Origin: Nitrospinota bacterium
Lineage (GTDB): Bacteria > UBA8248
Direction: 5' to 3'
Length of the DNA: 48,167 nt
Assembly: GCA_028820795.1 (NCBI GenBank)
Contig: JAPPHK010000240.1
Location: 1-48,167, forward strand
The position numbers and the translations under genes are program-made. Positions within the stretch are counted from its first letter, which is position 1, and each line of letters starts with the position of its first letter. The notes below the pieces were generated by a model, which saw only the letters and a program-made list of their open reading frames with translations, ran no database searches and was not told where the DNA came from. Shown here piece by piece: positions 45,646 through 48,167 of this stretch.

Positions 45646-45810
45646 CACCCCCGCAACTCCCCGCATCTGCCGTTACCGCAGGCGGGGCGGGCCGTGGCAG
45701 AATTCTCCTGCGCCGCCGGAGCTGCGCCCATTTCCGAGCAAAAAAATCTCCATTTATTTATCGAAATACCCCGTGAATTTATCGAATTTTATCGAAATTT
45801 TTGGAAATTC
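45646..45810. repeat. Right (inverted) copy of the long-range repeat seen at 1-165
   Basis: See feature 1-165. It has the same iteron triplet (atttatcgaaa / tttatcgaat / ttatcgaaat) and the same acggcagatgcgggNagttgcggggg core, in opposite orientation. Confidence 0.8.
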
Positions 45811-45811
45811 A

Positions 45812-45924
45812 TTTTTTCCGGACGCGCCCGGCCGCTTCACCATCCTACGCGAGTTTTCCTCGAGGCCCACGACGGCAATTGCGGGGAATTGCGACCGAGA
45901 AGAGTCAAACCCGATCGGGGAGGG
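45812..45924. repeat. Direct repeat unit A1 (~112 bp)
   Basis: It matches 46022-46135 with 7 substitutions and 1 indel by my count. Confidence 0.85.
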
Positions 45925-45989
45925 AGGTCGATTCCGACCGAGGAGGGAGGTCGATTCCGACCGAATAGGGAGGAATCGAACCCGGCCGG
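45921..45989. repeat. Three tandem 23-bp units, each with a GGTCG-N4-CGACC mini-hairpin (third unit degenerate)
   Basis: The sequence agggaggtcgattccgaccgagg / agggaggtcgattccgaccgaat / agggaggaatcgaacccggccgg is read directly. Confidence 0.8.
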
Positions 45990-46021
45990 GGAACGGGCGT
46001 TAGCCGGGTGAGGAGAGGTCC

Positions 46022-46135
46022 GTTTTTCCCGGACGCGCCAGGGCGCTTCACCATCCTACGCGAATTTTCCTCGAGGCTCATGACGGCAACTGCGGGGAAT
46101 TGCGACCGAGAAGAGTCAAACCCGACCGGGGAGGG
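46022..46135. repeat. Direct repeat unit A2 (~112 bp)
   Basis: This is the partner of A1. It is followed by GGTCG-CTCT-CGACC: the same stem with a different loop from the hairpins after A1. Confidence 0.85.
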
Positions 46136-46433
46136 TCGCTCTCGACCGATCAGGGAGAGAGCGGGATCATCCACCGGCGCGGCCGGCGCGTGCGGCGGAC
46201 CGGGCGAGCGGGATGAATTCCGCGCGGTCCGGTTTTATCCAGAGCGGGGAGGGAGGGATCAACCGCAAGGTGGGATGAGTGGATCGGAGGGAATCATGCT
46301 TCACTCGCCCTTTCTCGGCTTGAAAACCAACCCCCCCTTAACGGGACCGTTGAAATAGTCCTTACGGGGGGATGATGCCCCACAAAGAGCACCGTCCAAT
46401 GCGGGAGGGTGGTTTTGCTCTTCGCTTTTGATC

Positions 46434-46573
46434 GTCATTCCGGCGAAAGCCGGAATCCAGAGCGGACGGGAGTCGATGAAAGCGCGGGATAGACAATCCG
46501 GTGGAAGTGGCGGTGTTTCTTCGACTCCGGGTTTTCCCATCGGTACTGGATTCCGGCGCAAGGCCGGAATGAC
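46434..46573. mobile_element. MITE-like 140-bp element with 27-28-bp hairpin-forming terminal inverted repeats
   Basis: gtcattccggcGAAAgccggaatccag (46434-46460) pairs with the reverse complement of ctggattccggcGCAAGGccggaatgac (46546-73). A nested inverted repeat is present: cgggagtcga (46467-76) with tcgactccgg (46521-30). There is no coding capacity. Confidence 0.55.
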
Positions 46574-46626
46574 GCCCAAAAACAAGGGGCGCGTTCGCGA
46601 CCCGAGGTTCGACCACCAAATGCAAA

Positions 46627-46697
46627 GGGACGCATATATGCGTCCCCTGCGGCGATATTGCGGGAATTCGCAGGGGCGGTTCGCGAACCGCCCCTGC
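46627..46697. repeat. Two perfect palindromes (20 nt and 28 nt)
   Basis: gggacgcatatatgcgtccc (46627-46646) and gcaggggcggttcgcgaaccgcccctgc (46670-46697) are read directly. Confidence 0.85.
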
Positions 46698-46803
46698 TTT
46701 CTCAACAACCCCGCCTTGGTCGGGTTTGACCCTCAAGAGGGAGTGGTCTCCCTCTTCCGCAGGGACAGGCCACGGCCCGTCCCTGAAAAATCCGTCTTTC
46801 CGC

Positions 46804-48167
46804 CTACCAGCGCCTGGAGCCCCGCAGCAGCACGCCGCTCTCGGGCGCCGCGCCGTCCGCGGGTTCGGTGAGCGAAGCCTCCAGCTCCAGGTCGAGGGCC
46901 GGCCCCAGGCTCCAGCGCGCGCCCGCGCGCCAGGTCTCGCCGCCCTCCGAGTGCGAAAGGCCCGCATACGGCGTCAACAGCCCCCGGTAGGCGGCGAGGC
47001 CGTAGCCCACCTCCGCTTCGAGCCGCGCCCCGGGGTCGAAGTTTCTCGCGGAGACGCCCTGCGCCTGCGACCACAGCCGCTCCGCGCCGCCCGAGTCCGC
47101 CCCCCAGGCGGAGGCCAGGCTCATCGACAGCCCGCGTCCGCCCGAAGCCGGGGCGTAGCGCATCGATCCGCTCACCCCCCATTCCTCATAATCGCTCTCC
47201 TCGTGCTTCACCAGGGCGCGCGCGCCCACCTCGAGCGTGAGGCGCTTCGCCGCGAAGCGCAGGCTTCCGCCGACTTCGAGGCCGCTGCCGGTCTCCGCGT
47301 CGCCCCGCTCGTGGCGGTAGCCCACCTCCACCGAGGGCGTCAGCACGCCGGCCGCCCCCAGCCGGAACGAGCGCGAGCCCTCGAGCAGCAGGCGGAGGCG
47401 CATCGTGTCCGCCTCGACTTCGGGCAGGCCCGCCGCCGCGTCCGAACGCGACGCGCTCAGCAGGAAGTCCCCGCGCAGCGCGAGTTCGAACCCGCCGGCC
47501 ATGCGCGCCGGGAGCAGGATTCCGCGCCCCCCCGCCGCCGTCATGCCCGACTCGATGTCCGTCTCGACCGGCGCCGCGCCGCGCCGGGTCTGTATCGTCA
47601 TGTCGCCCCGGCCCATGCCCAGCGCCCCCCACAGGGAGAGCCGCTCGCTCAACTGATAGCGCAGGTAGGGGTAGACGCCCGTGAGCGCGCTCTCCACCTC
47701 GCAGGCGCTCCGGCACGACCCGCCCGCGCGGTAGCTCCCCTCGCCCCTGCTCAGCGCGAGCGCCACGCCGACGAGCGCGGCGCCCGATTCGAAGTCCAGG
47801 CCCAGCGTCGCCGTCGTCACCTCGCCCTCGAGCGCCAGGCCGTCCGCCGCGCCCTCGAAGTTCGAGCGCGCCCCCCGGCCCCACGCCGACCAGCGCGCGC
47901 CCGCCTCCATGCTCTCCGCGGAGGCCAGGTGGAAGGAGCTCGCGAGGAGCACCTCGCTCATCCTGAGCTCGCGCCAGACCGCGTCCACGTCCTCGCCCGT
48001 CCGCTCGTTCAGGGCGCGTCCGGTGAGGGGGCGGTCCGCCCCCGGGAGCAGCGCGTCCGCGTGCGCGCCCATGTTCTGGCCGCCGATCGTCACGCCGCCC
48101 GCCTGCCCGCGCAGGCGCGCCTCGATGGCGCCGGCCACGTGGTCCGACGCCGCGCGCGAGAAGCGCG
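46804..48167 (-). CDS. Autotransporter outer-membrane beta-barrel domain protein, 5' end outside the window
   Basis: There are alternating beta-strand patterns with Gly/Ala/Ser/Arg-rich turns, and the C-terminus ends ...VLLRGSRRW (terminal aromatic). The frame stays open upstream of the GTG at 48138 to the window edge. The gene is very GC-rich. Confidence 0.6.
   Translation of the reverse strand, partial: RFSRAASDHVAGAIEARLRGQAGGVTIGGQNMGAHADALLPGADRPLTGRALNERTGEDVDAVWRELRMSEVLLASSFHLASAESMEAGARWSAWGRGARSNFEGAADGLALEGEVTTATLGLDFESGAALVGVALALSRGEGSYRAGGSCRSACEVESALTGVYPYLRYQLSERLSLWGALGMGRGDMTIQTRRGAAPVETDIESGMTAAGGRGILLPARMAGGFELALRGDFLLSASRSDAAAGLPEVEADTMRLRLLLEGSRSFRLGAAGVLTPSVEVGYRHERGDAETGSGLEVGGSLRFAAKRLTLEVGARALVKHEESDYEEWGVSGSMRYAPASGGRGLSMSLASAWGADSGGAERLWSQAQGVSARNFDPGARLEAEVGYGLAAYRGLLTPYAGLSHSEGGETWRAGARWSLGPALDLELEASLTEPADGAAPESGVLLRGSRRW

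Noticed and set aside
45960-45995. tRNA-like GGTTCGATTCC string on the minus strand (reverse complement of ggaatcgaaccc).
   Set aside because: The flanks do not form a 5-bp T-stem or an acceptor stem. The string is simply the degenerate third copy of the 23-bp tandem unit.
45139-46011. 290-aa Arg/Pro/Gly-rich ORF, with similar long ORFs at 45047-45646 (-), 46362-46967 (-), 46733-47182 (-) and 47186-47884 (-).
   Set aside because: These are low-complexity translations typical of off-frame reading in GC-rich DNA. They overlap the cupin gene, the autotransporter gene or the repeat arrays, and show no domain-like motifs.
45812-46147. Possible CRISPR array, considered because repeats occur at regular spacing.
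   Set aside because: There are only two long (~112 bp) repeats, and the 23-bp units are directly tandem without spacers. There are no cas genes. This does not fit CRISPR architecture.

Overview
This is a bacterial chromosomal window of about 50 mostly tightly packed genes. I worked by eye only, from the ORF track, protein motifs and Shine-Dalgarno (SD) inspection; no searches or folding were run.

Most of the window is mid-GC housekeeping and metabolism:
- RidA, purE, tsaC, a 2Fe-2S ferredoxin, and a thrC / PTPS-QueD / SDR block.
- dnaN without an adjacent dnaA.
- A tupABC tungstate transporter fused into a longer minus-strand gene string (MmgE/PrpD, cupin, receiver-like protein).
- nadA and nadC, an FAH-family hydrolase, a large MscS/MscK-type channel, two tandem MATE pumps and an IMPase.
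- A DUF3604-like / DinB-like / HAD cluster.

The most interesting region is 33.7-44.9 kb:
1. An Ogt/MGMT gene has an in-frame TGA exactly where the catalytic Cys of the PCHR motif belongs. Family-like sequence continues after it, and a strand-specific hairpin lies downstream. It is either a selenocysteine candidate or a very fresh pseudogene.
2. A second gene is split in the ORF track by a TGA. Read through, it gives ALGG-U-GSC (UGSC-type, U-x-x-C), again with a downstream hairpin.
3. Both sit in one co-directional block with two crotonase-family genes, a CBS protein and an acyl-CoA dehydrogenase.
4. An orphan xanthine-dehydrogenase-family molybdopterin subunit lies opposite.
5. Four tandem paralogs of about 340 aa follow, from a family I cannot place.

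The right end differs from the rest:
- GC content rises visibly from about 43.9 kb.
- A 1.35-kb non-coding stretch (45455-46803) holds several repeat families: two ~112-bp direct repeats, three 23-bp hairpin units, a 140-bp MITE-like element and perfect palindromes.
- A very GC-rich autotransporter beta-barrel gene is cut by the window edge.

Bases 1-165 are an inverted, diverged copy of 45646-45810, so about 45.6 kb is bracketed by an inverted repeat that carries CGATAAA iterons. I saw no rRNA, tRNA, CRISPR array, transposase or integrase.
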